Assembly (NCBI GenBank): GCA_965219955.1
Contig: OZ244799.1
Span: forward strand, 2,368,001-2,432,000
DNA length: 64,000 bases
From: a bacterium
Lineage (GTDB): Bacteria; UBA8248
Reading direction: 5' to 3'
Shown here: positions 9,225 to 18,529 of the stretch, piece by piece
How positions within the stretch are numbered: position 1 is the stretch's first letter
Layout: each line of letters begins with the position of its first letter
Position numbers and translations under genes: made by a program
Notes under the pieces: model-generated
Told to the model about the DNA's origin: nothing
The model's database searches: none
Seen by the model: the letters and a program-made list of their open reading frames with translations, nothing else

Positions 9225-10204
9225 ACCTTGAACCTCTGTATGTTGCTCTTGAGAATCATCCCCAACGACCCCCACCCGCGGCTCTTCACTTCCTGGGAGA
9301 CGGCCATCAGGCCGCGCGGGAGGAACAAGACGACCAGCACGATGATGATTCCCAGGAACGCGCTATGGAATTCCGTGAACGCTCCCCAGAGGTAGTCCGA
9401 GAGGTATTCCATCATCAGCGCGCCCACGAGCGGACCCATCACCGTCCCCACTCCGCCGAGCATCGACATCACGATCGCCTTGATGGAGAACAAGACGTCG
9501 AAAACGTCGATGGGCTCCAGAAACGCGGCGCGGTAGGCGTATACGCCGCCGCCCATCGCGGGAAAGATGGATGAGAGCACGAAGGCGATGATCTTGTATT
9601 TCGTCGTATCCACGCCCGTCATGGCCGCCGCGTCTTCGTTCTCGCGGATGGCGACGAGGCCGTAGCCCAGGCGGTGCCGCGTGACGAAGTACTGCGTCAG
9701 GACGGCGAGCACGGCTACCCCGAGCATCGAGAAATAGAAAAAGCGCGTGAAGTAATCCGGCCCGCCCGTAATCTGGGGCAGGTTGATGCCGTCTCCCCCG
9801 CCGGTGATGCGCAGGTTATCCGCCAGCTCGCGGAAGAATTCCGCCACGCCGAACGTGGCGATGGCGAAGTAGTGCCCCCTCAGCCTCAATATGGGAACGC
9901 CCAGGGCGAGCGCCACGAGCGCGCCCAGACAGGCGCCGATACCCAGCGTGATGAAAAAATTGAACCCGGCGTTCATGAGGATGGCCGTCGTGTACGCCCC
10001 CAGCCCGAAAAAGGCGGCCGGCGCGAAGGAGGGATAGCCCGTCAGCCCGCCGATGAAGTTCCAGCTCGTCGCCAGGATGGCCACCATCAGGATGTCCATC
10101 CACTTCCTGATCTCGTCGTTTTCCACGAAAGAGGGCAAGAGGATGAGGGCGAGCAAGCCCGCTCCCATGCCCAGCCATTGAATGTGGGACCAGGGTCTGA
10201 ACAT
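9221..10204 (-). CDS. livM: branched-chain amino acid ABC permease, LivM-like
   Basis: WNFIGGLTGY, LRLRGHYFAIAT, AIRENEDAA, LGGVGT, PRGL. Confidence 0.9.
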   Translation of the reverse strand: MFRPWSHIQWLGMGAGLLALILLPSFVENDEIRKWMDILMVAILATSWNFIGGLTGYPSFAPAAFFGLGAYTTAILMNAGFNFFITLGIGACLGALVALALGVPILRLRGHYFAIATFGVAEFFRELADNLRITGGGDGINLPQITGGPDYFTRFFYFSMLGVAVLAVLTQYFVTRHRLGYGLVAIRENEDAAAMTGVDTTKYKIIAFVLSSIFPAMGGGVYAYRAAFLEPIDVFDVLFSIKAIVMSMLGGVGTVMGPLVGALMMEYLSDYLWGAFTEFHSAFLGIIIVLVVLFLPRGLMAVSQEVKSRGWGSLGMILKSNIQRFKV

Positions 10205-10205
10205 G

Positions 10206-11081
10206 CTATTCGAAACCCTTTCTGCCCAGCAGGCCCGATGGCTTGATGAAGAGCACGAGAATCAAAAGCACGTAGCCGATGGCGTTTTGCAGTCCGGGCC
10301 CCAGGTACAGAGCGCCGAAGTTCTCGGCGAGGCCCAGGATCAGCCCTCCCGCCAGCGCCCCCGTGATGTTCCCCAATCCCCCGATGGTGCAGATGATGAA
10401 GGATTTCGAGAGGAACTCCACGTCGCTCACCGGCGAGATGGCGAAACCCACGCTCACGAGAGAACCCGACGTGGCGGCGGCCGCTGCGCCGATTCCATAC
10501 GTGATGGCGTAGATTCTGCCGATGTCGACGCCCATCAACTGGGCGGAATCCAAATCCATCCGCGTCGCCCGTATGGCTCGCCCGGTGCGGGTGCGCCCCA
10601 TGAACCAGAAAAGAATGCTCGTGAGAGCGACACCCAGCACGAATATGGAAATCCGGACGAAGGGGATGGAAAGCCCCATGAACGGGATGGAAAAACCCGC
10701 ATAGGAGGGCTGAACCGACCTGAAATCACCGGTGAAGAAATATATCGCGAGTCTCACGATGAGCAACTGAAGGCCGAAGGTGAGAATCAGGGACATGAAC
10801 ATGGGCGCGCGTACGATCTTGTTGATCAGTCCGCGCTGCACCGCGTAGCCGGCGCAGAACATGGCGACGGCCGAAACGGGAAGGGACAAGAACGGATCCA
10901 CGCCGTAGAGCTTGAACATCCAGAACGTGACGTAGCCGCCCAGCATCAGGAACGTGCCGTGCAGGATGTTGAGGATGTTCATCACGCCCCAGACGAGCGA
11001 GAAGCCGACCGCGATGCAGGCGTAGATGCCTCCCAGGAGAATGCTGTTAATCAGAATCTGGCCATAAACCATATATCTCAC
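10206..11081 (-). CDS. livH: branched-chain amino acid ABC permease, LivH-like
   Basis: GGIYACIAVGFSLVWGVMNILN, TRTGRAIRA, GGLGNITGA, KPSGLLG. Confidence 0.9.
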   Translation of the reverse strand: MRYMVYGQILINSILLGGIYACIAVGFSLVWGVMNILNILHGTFLMLGGYVTFWMFKLYGVDPFLSLPVSAVAMFCAGYAVQRGLINKIVRAPMFMSLILTFGLQLLIVRLAIYFFTGDFRSVQPSYAGFSIPFMGLSIPFVRISIFVLGVALTSILFWFMGRTRTGRAIRATRMDLDSAQLMGVDIGRIYAITYGIGAAAAATSGSLVSVGFAISPVSDVEFLSKSFIICTIGGLGNITGALAGGLILGLAENFGALYLGPGLQNAIGYVLLILVLFIKPSGLLGRKGFE

Positions 11082-11103
11082 TCACGGGTTTTATCGCTCG
11101 GCG

Positions 11104-12159
11104 TCAGGTGATGAGCTCCCATTCGCTCGAATACCGATCGAGTTGCGCCGCGCTGTATGGGTCCACATGATGCTCGCGTTCGGGAATCTCGACGTGTTTC
11201 TCCTCACCGCACAAGGCGGTGGTGAAATAACGCTGTCCGGTGTCGTTGATGTTCGTGACGATGTTGGCCAGTTCGGGGTGCCTGCGGGCCAGCTTGACGG
11301 CGGCCGCCACGTTGCACCCCGAGGAGATGCCGCAGAAAATCCCCTCCTCGCGCGCGAGGCGCTGCGCCATCTCGACCGACTCATCCGTCGTCGTCGTCAC
11401 GATGCCGGTGAGCAGCGACAAGTCGAGCGCCCTGGGCACGAAGCCGTCCCCGATGCCCTCGATGCCGTGCGGCCCCCAGCCTCGCTCGCTCAGGAGCGGA
11501 CACTCCTGAGGCTCCACGGCGTAGAGCTTCACGTCGGGGTTGTCCTCGCGCAGGAATTTCCCCACGCCGCTCACCCAGCCGCCCGTTCCCTGCGACGCTA
11601 CGACGGCGTCGACGCGCCCGTCCAGCTGCTCGAAAATCTCGGGTCCCGTCGTGAGATAATGCGCTTCGTTGTTGTCGAGGTTGTCGAACTGGGCGGGAAC
11701 CCAGAATTTCCCGGGGGATGCTGCGCGGATTTCATCGAGTTTATCGAGCGCCAGGTCGACGTCGCTCTCCCCACCCGGCGTGAACACCAAATCGGCCCCG
11801 TAGGCGCGCATGAGCTTTTTTCGCTCATCGCTCATGCCCTCGGGCATGACGACGATGCAGGAATAACCCTTCACCGCGGATACGAACGCGCAGGCGATGC
11901 CTGCGTTGCCGGTAGAGCATTCGAGCACCGTCATGCCGGCCCTCAGGCTGCCGCGCTCCTCCGCTTTCAGAATCATGTTGTAGTAGATGCGATCCTTGAG
12001 GCTCCCCGATGGCGAATACCACTCCAGCTTCGCGTAGACCTCGGGGCTTAAGTCCGCCGCCACCTTGTTCAGGCGAACCAGGGGCGTGCCCCCGATGGCG
12101 TCGAAAATGTTTTCCGAATAACGTCTGTAGGAATCCCAGGCTCTTCTTTGAATGCCCAT
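11104..12159 (-). CDS. PLP-dependent cysteine synthase family protein (paralog 1)
   Basis: IGGTPLVRL, PSGSLKDR (PLP lysine), STGNAG, QFDNLDN, GTGG, HGIEGIG, GISSG, DTGQRY. Confidence 0.9.
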   Translation of the reverse strand: MGIQRRAWDSYRRYSENIFDAIGGTPLVRLNKVAADLSPEVYAKLEWYSPSGSLKDRIYYNMILKAEERGSLRAGMTVLECSTGNAGIACAFVSAVKGYSCIVVMPEGMSDERKKLMRAYGADLVFTPGGESDVDLALDKLDEIRAASPGKFWVPAQFDNLDNNEAHYLTTGPEIFEQLDGRVDAVVASQGTGGWVSGVGKFLREDNPDVKLYAVEPQECPLLSERGWGPHGIEGIGDGFVPRALDLSLLTGIVTTTTDESVEMAQRLAREEGIFCGISSGCNVAAAVKLARRHPELANIVTNINDTGQRYFTTALCGEEKHVEIPEREHHVDPYSAAQLDRYSSEWELIT

Positions 12160-12189
12160 TTCTTACACCCTAAAAAGGAGGGAAACACC

Positions 12190-13242
12190 TCACTCGATGA
12201 TCTCCCATGAAGTTCTGAATTTCTGGAGCATCATCTCCCTGTCCCCTTCGACGACGTCCTGCAGCGCCTCCTCCATACCCGTCTCGTCAAGACAAAGCGG
12301 TGTGGAGAAATAGCGCTGTCCCGAGTCCCCGAAAATGGTGACGATCCGGCCGACTTCGGGATAGGAGCGAGCGAACTTAATCGCCGCCGCCAGGTTGCAG
12401 CCCGAGGAGATGCCGCAGAAAAGCCCCTCTTCGCGTGAGGCGCGCCTCGCCATGCGCAGCGATTCTTCGGTCGAGGCGGTGATGATGCCGTCGATGATGG
12501 ACAAATCCAGAATGTTGGGAATCAGGCCGTCGCCGATTCCCGCGATGCCGTGTCCGCAGCATACCCCCTCGCTGATCAGGGGCGATTCCGTTGGCTCCAC
12601 GCCGTAGATTTTGAGCCCGGGGTTTTTCTCCCTCAAAAACCGCCCCACGCCCGTGAGCCAGCCACCCGTGCCCACCGCGGCGATGAGCGCATCCACGCGG
12701 CCGTCCAGTTGCTCCCAGATTTCAGGGCCGGAAGTGGTGTAGTGCGTGTCCACGTTGTCCATGTTCTCGAATTCGGCGGGCACCCAGTATTTTTCAGGAT
12801 CGCTCGCGGCAATCTCCTTCATTCGCGCGAGGGCGACGTCCACGTCGCTCTCCCCGCCCGGCGTCGTGACGAGTTCGGCGCCGAATGCGCGAATCATCTT
12901 CTTGCGCTCGGGGCTCATCAGTTCGGGCATGACGATGATGCACGCATATCCCTTGACCGCGGCGGCGGCCGCGCAGGCGATGCCCGCATTGCCGGATGAA
13001 CATTCCAGAATCACCTTGCCGGGCGTCAGCTCCTCCCGCGCCTCGGCGCGTGAGATCATCTGCTCATAGATGCGGTCCTTGAGGCTCCCCGTGGGGGAAT
13101 ACCATTCGATCTTGGCGAAAATCTCGGGCCCCAGCCCTTGTGAGATTCGTCCCAGCTTCACCAGCGGGGTATGGCCCACGACATCGAAAATCGTCTCCGA
13201 AGCCGATGCCAGGCTGTCCCACGTTCTCGATGCTACTTGCAT
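12190..13242 (-). CDS. PLP-dependent cysteine synthase family protein (paralog 2)
   Basis: VGHTPLVKL, PTGSLKDR, SSGNAG, EFENMDN, GTGG, HGIAGIG, GISSG, DSGQRY. Confidence 0.9.
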   Translation of the reverse strand: MQVASRTWDSLASASETIFDVVGHTPLVKLGRISQGLGPEIFAKIEWYSPTGSLKDRIYEQMISRAEAREELTPGKVILECSSGNAGIACAAAAAVKGYACIIVMPELMSPERKKMIRAFGAELVTTPGGESDVDVALARMKEIAASDPEKYWVPAEFENMDNVDTHYTTSGPEIWEQLDGRVDALIAAVGTGGWLTGVGRFLREKNPGLKIYGVEPTESPLISEGVCCGHGIAGIGDGLIPNILDLSIIDGIITASTEESLRMARRASREEGLFCGISSGCNLAAAIKFARSYPEVGRIVTIFGDSGQRYFSTPLCLDETGMEEALQDVVEGDREMMLQKFRTSWEIIE

Positions 13243-13279
13243 TGTGCTGCTCCCGTGAGGCGGCGCGTTATTTCTTGCC

Positions 13280-14236
13280 CTACCCCGCTCTCAGGCGAGG
13301 GATGATTTCCTTCGCCACGATTTCCACCTGTTCCATCTCGTATTTGTAGGGAACGAATATGAGCCGGTCCACACCCGTGTCGACGTGTGCTTGTAGTTGC
13401 GCCACGCACTCATCGACGTTTCCCATGACGGCGCTTTCGGCCGTGGACTCGCTCCAGGAAGCGTAGTCCCATTCGGTGTGGAGCCATTCGTTCATCGGCT
13501 CTTCAATCTGCTCACGCGAGTCACCCACCATGATGGGAAGCTGGTTCGTGCTCTCGAGCGCGGCGGGGTCGCGACCGGCTTCTTCCGCGAAGCGAAGTAC
13601 CTTCTCCCAGGATTTCGTAAAACTCTCGGGCGTATAGAAATAGGTGAGCCAGCCGTCGCCCTTCTCTCCGGCGCGCTTGAGCACACGGTCGACGTAGCCG
13701 CCGATCAAGATGCTCGGCCTCGGGCTTTGCACCGGCTTGGGGAACATGACGGAGTTTCTCAAGTTATATTGCCCGTATTCGGCGCGCACCATGTCCTCGG
13801 TCCACAGCCTCGTGATGATCTCGATGTTCTGGTCCATGATGTTGCCGCGTTTTTCGAAAGGAACGCCCACCGCGTCGAACTCGCGCTTGTACCAGCCAGA
13901 AGCCATGCCGACGATGAGGCGGCCGTTCGATATCTGGTCGATGCTCGAAAGCTGCTTCGCCACGACGAGCGGGTTCCTGAGCGGCAAGACGAGCACGCCC
14001 GTACCGAGTTTGATTCTGCTCGTCCGCGCGGCCACCGCCGTCAGGAGCGTCAGCGACTCGATGATGGGAAAATGCGGCTCCACGCCCAGCAGAATATGAT
14101 CCCACACCCAAAGGGACTCGAAGCCCAACTCCTCCATGGCGACGCCGTATTCGATGAGCGCCTCCGGGTCGGGGAGTTCGGGGTACGCGGTGAAATTCCG
14201 CATGGCGATTCCGTACTTCACGTCTTTTCCTGACAT
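13280..14236 (-). CDS. LLM class (luciferase-like) flavin/F420-dependent oxidoreductase
   Basis: GFESLWVWDH, RIKLGTGVLVLPLRNP, SNGRLIVG, PKPVQ, GDGW. Confidence 0.9.
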   Translation of the reverse strand: MSGKDVKYGIAMRNFTAYPELPDPEALIEYGVAMEELGFESLWVWDHILLGVEPHFPIIESLTLLTAVAARTSRIKLGTGVLVLPLRNPLVVAKQLSSIDQISNGRLIVGMASGWYKREFDAVGVPFEKRGNIMDQNIEIITRLWTEDMVRAEYGQYNLRNSVMFPKPVQSPRPSILIGGYVDRVLKRAGEKGDGWLTYFYTPESFTKSWEKVLRFAEEAGRDPAALESTNQLPIMVGDSREQIEEPMNEWLHTEWDYASWSESTAESAVMGNVDECVAQLQAHVDTGVDRLIFVPYKYEMEQVEIVAKEIIPRLRAG

Positions 14237-14252
14237 GTCGTTTTCCTCGGTC

Positions 14253-15521
14253 TTATTCCGCTCCGCACCAGTCCAGGATGGAGAGCGCCAGCGTTTTCGT
14301 CGCGTCGATCACGTCTTCCACCGCCACCCATTCGTTGTTCGCGTGCATCTGGGTGGTGGGGCCGGGGCCGAAGATCACCGTCGGGATGCCGGCAAAACCG
14401 TTCAGAAAGCGCGTGTCGGCCGCTCCCTGGCGCCCGGATATCTCAGGGGTATTGCCCGACACTTCCTGGTAGGCGTTCGCCACCGTCTTGACAATCGGGT
14501 GTTCGGCGTCGACCGCGGCCGATTCGGCGTAATACCCCACGAAACGCACCTCAGGCGGATGATCCTTCATCCAGGGGTCATCCTTTGCCGCCTGCGCCAC
14601 CTGATCGACCAGGCTCTGTTTCGCCGCATCGTGGTCCTCGCCGGGCACGGTGGCGAGGCTCCCCTTTAACACGCAGGTGTCCGGGAAGGCGCTCGGGAAG
14701 CTGCCCGCCTCCATCGAGCCGACCATGCAGGGAATCGCGTCGATGATCTTGGGATACAGCGGATGGGAGACCGTCTCCAGGCGTTTTTTCTCGAGATCGG
14801 CCACCGCCTGGACGATCTTGTAGCCCAGGTCGATGGCGTTCACGCCCTGATACCTTCGCTGGATGCCCGCCGCCTTTCCGCGCACGAGTATCTCGAACCA
14901 GATTCTTCCGATGCAGCCGGGCTGGATGGCGTTGCCGCTCGTCTCGCAGCAAATCCCTGCATCCGCCGTATAGCCGCGCAAAATGGTGTCGAGCGTGCCG
15001 TGGCCGCTCAACTCCTCATCCACGACGAAATCGAGAATCACGTCTCCTTTGGGCTTAAGCCCCGCCGCCATGAAGCATTTCGCCGCCATGACGATGGCCG
15101 CCACCCCGCTTTTCATGTCCGAGGCGCCGCGCCCGTAGAGGCGGCCGTCCTCGATGTCCGCGGAGAGCGGCCCGTGCTCCCAGGCGTCGGGCGGGCCGTT
15201 GGGGACGGTGTCTGTGTGGCCGTTCATCAGGAGCGACCTGCCGCCGCCCGAACCCTTGAGCACGGCCACCACGTTCGGCCTGCCCTCATACCCCCTCGTG
15301 ACGGGCACGTATTCGGGGTGTTTCTTGAGCTCCTCCCAGTCCGATTCCCAGACGTCCACTTCCAGATTCATCTCGCGGAGATAGTCCGCGATATAGCCCT
15401 GAATCTCCCCCTCATCGCCCGTCACGCTCGGTATCTGCACGAGTCTGGTGAGCAGGGCGATGGTCTCGTCGCGATGGGCATCGACCTGGGCCAGAATTTT
15501 TTCTCTTTGCTCGGTGCTCAT
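14253..15521 (-). CDS. ArgE/DapE (M20) family deacylase
   Basis: LLMNGHTDTV, LYGRGASDMKSG, VDEE, CE, AADTR, FGPG, MHANNE. Confidence 0.9.
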   Translation of the reverse strand: MSTEQREKILAQVDAHRDETIALLTRLVQIPSVTGDEGEIQGYIADYLREMNLEVDVWESDWEELKKHPEYVPVTRGYEGRPNVVAVLKGSGGGRSLLMNGHTDTVPNGPPDAWEHGPLSADIEDGRLYGRGASDMKSGVAAIVMAAKCFMAAGLKPKGDVILDFVVDEELSGHGTLDTILRGYTADAGICCETSGNAIQPGCIGRIWFEILVRGKAAGIQRRYQGVNAIDLGYKIVQAVADLEKKRLETVSHPLYPKIIDAIPCMVGSMEAGSFPSAFPDTCVLKGSLATVPGEDHDAAKQSLVDQVAQAAKDDPWMKDHPPEVRFVGYYAESAAVDAEHPIVKTVANAYQEVSGNTPEISGRQGAADTRFLNGFAGIPTVIFGPGPTTQMHANNEWVAVEDVIDATKTLALSILDWCGAE

Positions 15522-15536
15522 GACGGCTCCATGTGG

Positions 15537-16310
15537 TTATGCGGTGTAGACCTTGTCCGGATCCAGATGGCGAAGCGCGGCCAGTTCCTCTTCCGTGGGC
15601 GGCTCCGTGGTCGAGACGGAGGCGTCGATGATGAGTTCGAAGCCCGTGTTCTCCTGCGCCTGCTCGGGCGTGACGCCCGGATGCAGCGCCTCGACGCGCA
15701 TCCGGCCCGTCTCCTCGTCGAACCCCAGAATCGCGAGATCCGTGACCACGCGGTACATGCCGCCTGCTATCAGGCCCGAATCGCGCCTCGATGTTCCGCC
15801 CCTGACGTAGCCGGGGCTGGTGATGAAATCCACGTTCTCCACGAAGCGGCGCTTTTCCTGCGGCATCGCGACGATCATCCTGGTGAGGCTCGAGATGTCG
15901 TTCCCCCCGCCCGTGCCGGGCAGCCGGACGGAAGGATCGTCCGCGCTCCCGATGAAGGAACTGTTCAGGTTGCCGTACTGATCGATCTGGGCGCCCCCCA
16001 TGAAGCCCACGTCCACGTAGCCCCGCTGCAGCAGGAGCAGCACCTCGGTGATGCTCACCAGCATGTTCGCCTTGCGCGTGCAGCGCTGCTCGTTCGTGGT
16101 GGGCGGGAGCTGGCCGGGCACGACGTGCGGGCCGATGGTGCCGCCCTCGAAGAGAATCGTCACGCCGGGAGCATGGAGGCGCTGGGCCAGCGTGGCGGCC
16201 AGAAGCGGAATCCCCACGCCGGCGAAAACCACCTGGCCGTCCTCGAGCGCACGGGCGCTCATGACGCACAAAAGCTCCGACGCCGTGAAGTCTTTCATCT
16301 CAATCGTCAT
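15537..16310 (-). CDS. CoA-transferase subunit B (glutaconate CoA-transferase GctB-like)
   Basis: VFAGVGIP, ILFEGG (catalytic Glu position), GGAQIDQYGNLNS, RLPGTGGGNDI, DFITSPG; start MTIEMK at 16310. Confidence 0.88.
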   Translation of the reverse strand: MTIEMKDFTASELLCVMSARALEDGQVVFAGVGIPLLAATLAQRLHAPGVTILFEGGTIGPHVVPGQLPPTTNEQRCTRKANMLVSITEVLLLLQRGYVDVGFMGGAQIDQYGNLNSSFIGSADDPSVRLPGTGGGNDISSLTRMIVAMPQEKRRFVENVDFITSPGYVRGGTSRRDSGLIAGGMYRVVTDLAILGFDEETGRMRVEALHPGVTPEQAQENTGFELIIDASVSTTEPPTEEELAALRHLDPDKVYTA

Positions 16311-17265
16311 AAATGCTCCTCCCCCTGCGGGCCGCATCCAGCAGCTTATCCAGGCCGATGAGATTCAGATACTCCGTCCAGTTCTCCGGCGCGTAGAAGT
16401 ATTCATCCAGATACGCCTTCACGCCCTCCATCGGCTCTTTTCTCGTGAGTTCGGCGTAATAGTCCATGTGCGAGAACAAAGGCTCATAGACGCCGAAGCA
16501 CTCATGCGGCGCGCAGCCGTAGGGCGCCTCCACCACCGCGTCGACGGTGAAAAAGGGAATTTTCGTGTGATCGGGCCTTCTGCGAATCTGATCGTTCGAG
16601 ATGATGCGCTCGGTCGTGATGATGACCCGGTTCGCCGCCATCGCCATGTCGATGTCCATGAACGTCAGGCCGTCGAGCTGGGCGTTGCCGTAGGGGTCGC
16701 ACCTCTGCACGTGGATCAGGGCGACGTCGGGGTTCAGGGCCGGGACGAGGAGTATCTTCTCGCCCGTGAAGGGGCAGGTCATCTCTTCGAGGTTGTCGAG
16801 CTGCGCCGCCACGTCCGAGCCCATCATCGAGCGCATCGGCATGAACGGGACGCCCATGGCGCCCGCCCGGTAGCGCAGGCCGATGGACATGTGGCTCCAC
16901 TCCTCGAAACGCGCCAGCCTGTTCTCGGTGAAATGGCGCATGACGCGCGAGACGCCCCAGACGATCCCCTGGCTGAACCAGCTCGTGAGAATGTGGTTCC
17001 CGAGCCCCGATGCGAAGATGAGGTCGCCCTCGGTGGAGACGATGCTGCGCGAGAAGGAGAGGTTCTTCTTCCTCGCGCGAATGAGCGCCCACACCATGGC
17101 GAAGGGGGTTCTCGAAGCCGTGGAGCCGCCCAGGCTGACGTGCTCGCTGTCGTTCACGAAATCGCACGCCTCCTCGAGCGTCATCACCTTGTCTCTCAGG
17201 CTGCGATCCCGAGACTGGGTCTGTTCCCGGAGCGAAAGATAGTCTTGCGTCACGTTTTTCTCCAT
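16300..17265 (-). CDS. CoA-transferase subunit A (GctA-like)
   Basis: DKVMTLEEA, RYRAGAMGVPFMP, CPFTGE, PDVALIHVQRCDPYGNA, EAPYGCAP; start chosen at MEKNV. Confidence 0.88.
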   Translation of the reverse strand: MEKNVTQDYLSLREQTQSRDRSLRDKVMTLEEACDFVNDSEHVSLGGSTASRTPFAMVWALIRARKKNLSFSRSIVSTEGDLIFASGLGNHILTSWFSQGIVWGVSRVMRHFTENRLARFEEWSHMSIGLRYRAGAMGVPFMPMRSMMGSDVAAQLDNLEEMTCPFTGEKILLVPALNPDVALIHVQRCDPYGNAQLDGLTFMDIDMAMAANRVIITTERIISNDQIRRRPDHTKIPFFTVDAVVEAPYGCAPHECFGVYEPLFSHMDYYAELTRKEPMEGVKAYLDEYFYAPENWTEYLNLIGLDKLLDAARRGRSIYDD

Positions 17266-17523
17266 CAGGCCGCAGGCAAGGATCCCCCTTGCCCGCAACA
17301 CGCTGAAACTCTCGTATCGGCAGTCGAAAAAATAGAAGTCCCCGCCAGTAGATTAAACCCAAGACACCGGATTCGCAACGGGGAAAAGAAAAATCGAATC
17401 TATTGAATTATTTAATGGATATTCCATATAATTCCGTCACGCATCGGGAGATCGTTTATCTGTTTTTTATCCGGTTTCCAGAAGATATCCAGCGAAACGA
17501 GTCCGCCCGGCGTAACGGGGCAG

Positions 17524-17540
17524 CATAAAAATCCATAATG
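17524..17540. promoter_or_regulatory. candidate LysR box (CAT-N11-ATG dyad containing T-N11-A)
   Basis: CATAAAAATCCATAATG 40 bp upstream of the LysR start in the divergent intergenic region; a second dyad ATGGATATTCCAT lies at 17415-17427. Confidence 0.4.
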
Positions 17541-17580
17541 AAACGACCGGCGCCTCGGCGAATGGTCTCATGAGGTTTCC

Positions 17581-18468
17581 ATGTTGAACTTACGGCAGCT
17601 CGAATACTTCTACTACGTGGCGAAACACGGCGGATTCACCCGCGCGGCGAGGCAACTGCCTTTCTCCATCCAGCAGCCCGCCCTCAGCATCCGGGTGAAG
17701 GCGCTCGAAGCGGACCTCCGGGTGAAGCTCTACCGGATCGTCGGCCGCAAGTTCCAGTTGACGCCGAGCGGCGAATACCTCTTCGACGCCGTCAAACCTT
17801 TTTTCGAGTCCCTCGATACGGTCGAGCGGCACCTGCGCGGGGAGACGCACGGGCGGCTCGTCGTGGCCGAAGCCGCCCCCATGCTGATACTGAAGGGCCA
17901 CCGGGCCGCACTGCTCAGGTTTCGCGAACGCTACCCGAACGTGCAGATTTCCGTGCTGGAGCGGAACTGGACGAATCTGCTCGAACACGTCTCCGAAGGC
18001 GCGGTCGATTTCGCCTTCGGCTCGGCGCCCGAGGCGCGGGGGAATTTCTCCTTCGAGGAGTGGACGGAAACCGACTATCTCCTCTTCTGTCCCGAGGGGC
18101 ACGCCGCCCTGAAGGAGAAGAAAATCGCTCTCGAGAGCATCGCGGCGCATCCGCTCATCCTGCTCGAACGCGGCACGGCGGACCGCCAGCACATCGGGCA
18201 CACCTTCGAGAAGCAGGGCGTATCCATCAACGTCGTCTTCGAGACGTCCTCCTACACCCTAATCAACGAAGCCGTGCTGAACGGTGCGGGCATCGCGGTC
18301 GTCAACGCGCTCTGGCCCCGGCCCGAGACCGGAAAAGGGTGGCAAACCATCAACATATCCCACCTGTTCGGGAAAAAGCGCATCGGCCTGTTCCGGCGAA
18401 ACGACGTCTACCTCCCCCCCTACGCGGGCGATTACCTCGCCATGCTGCGGGAAACCCTGATGACGTAA
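17581..18468 (+). CDS. LysR family transcriptional regulator
   Basis: NLRQLEYFYYVAKHGGFTRAARQL...QPALSIRVKALE HTH plus substrate-binding domain; divergent from the CoA-transferase operon. Confidence 0.92.
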   Translation: MLNLRQLEYFYYVAKHGGFTRAARQLPFSIQQPALSIRVKALEADLRVKLYRIVGRKFQLTPSGEYLFDAVKPFFESLDTVERHLRGETHGRLVVAEAAPMLILKGHRAALLRFRERYPNVQISVLERNWTNLLEHVSEGAVDFAFGSAPEARGNFSFEEWTETDYLLFCPEGHAALKEKKIALESIAAHPLILLERGTADRQHIGHTFEKQGVSINVVFETSSYTLINEAVLNGAGIAVVNALWPRPETGKGWQTINISHLFGKKRIGLFRRNDVYLPPYAGDYLAMLRETLMT

Positions 18469-18529
18469 CAAAAACGACCGCGCTTCCTGTGCTTTTGACG
18501 CCCCCCGCCCCATTTGCCATCATACGCGC

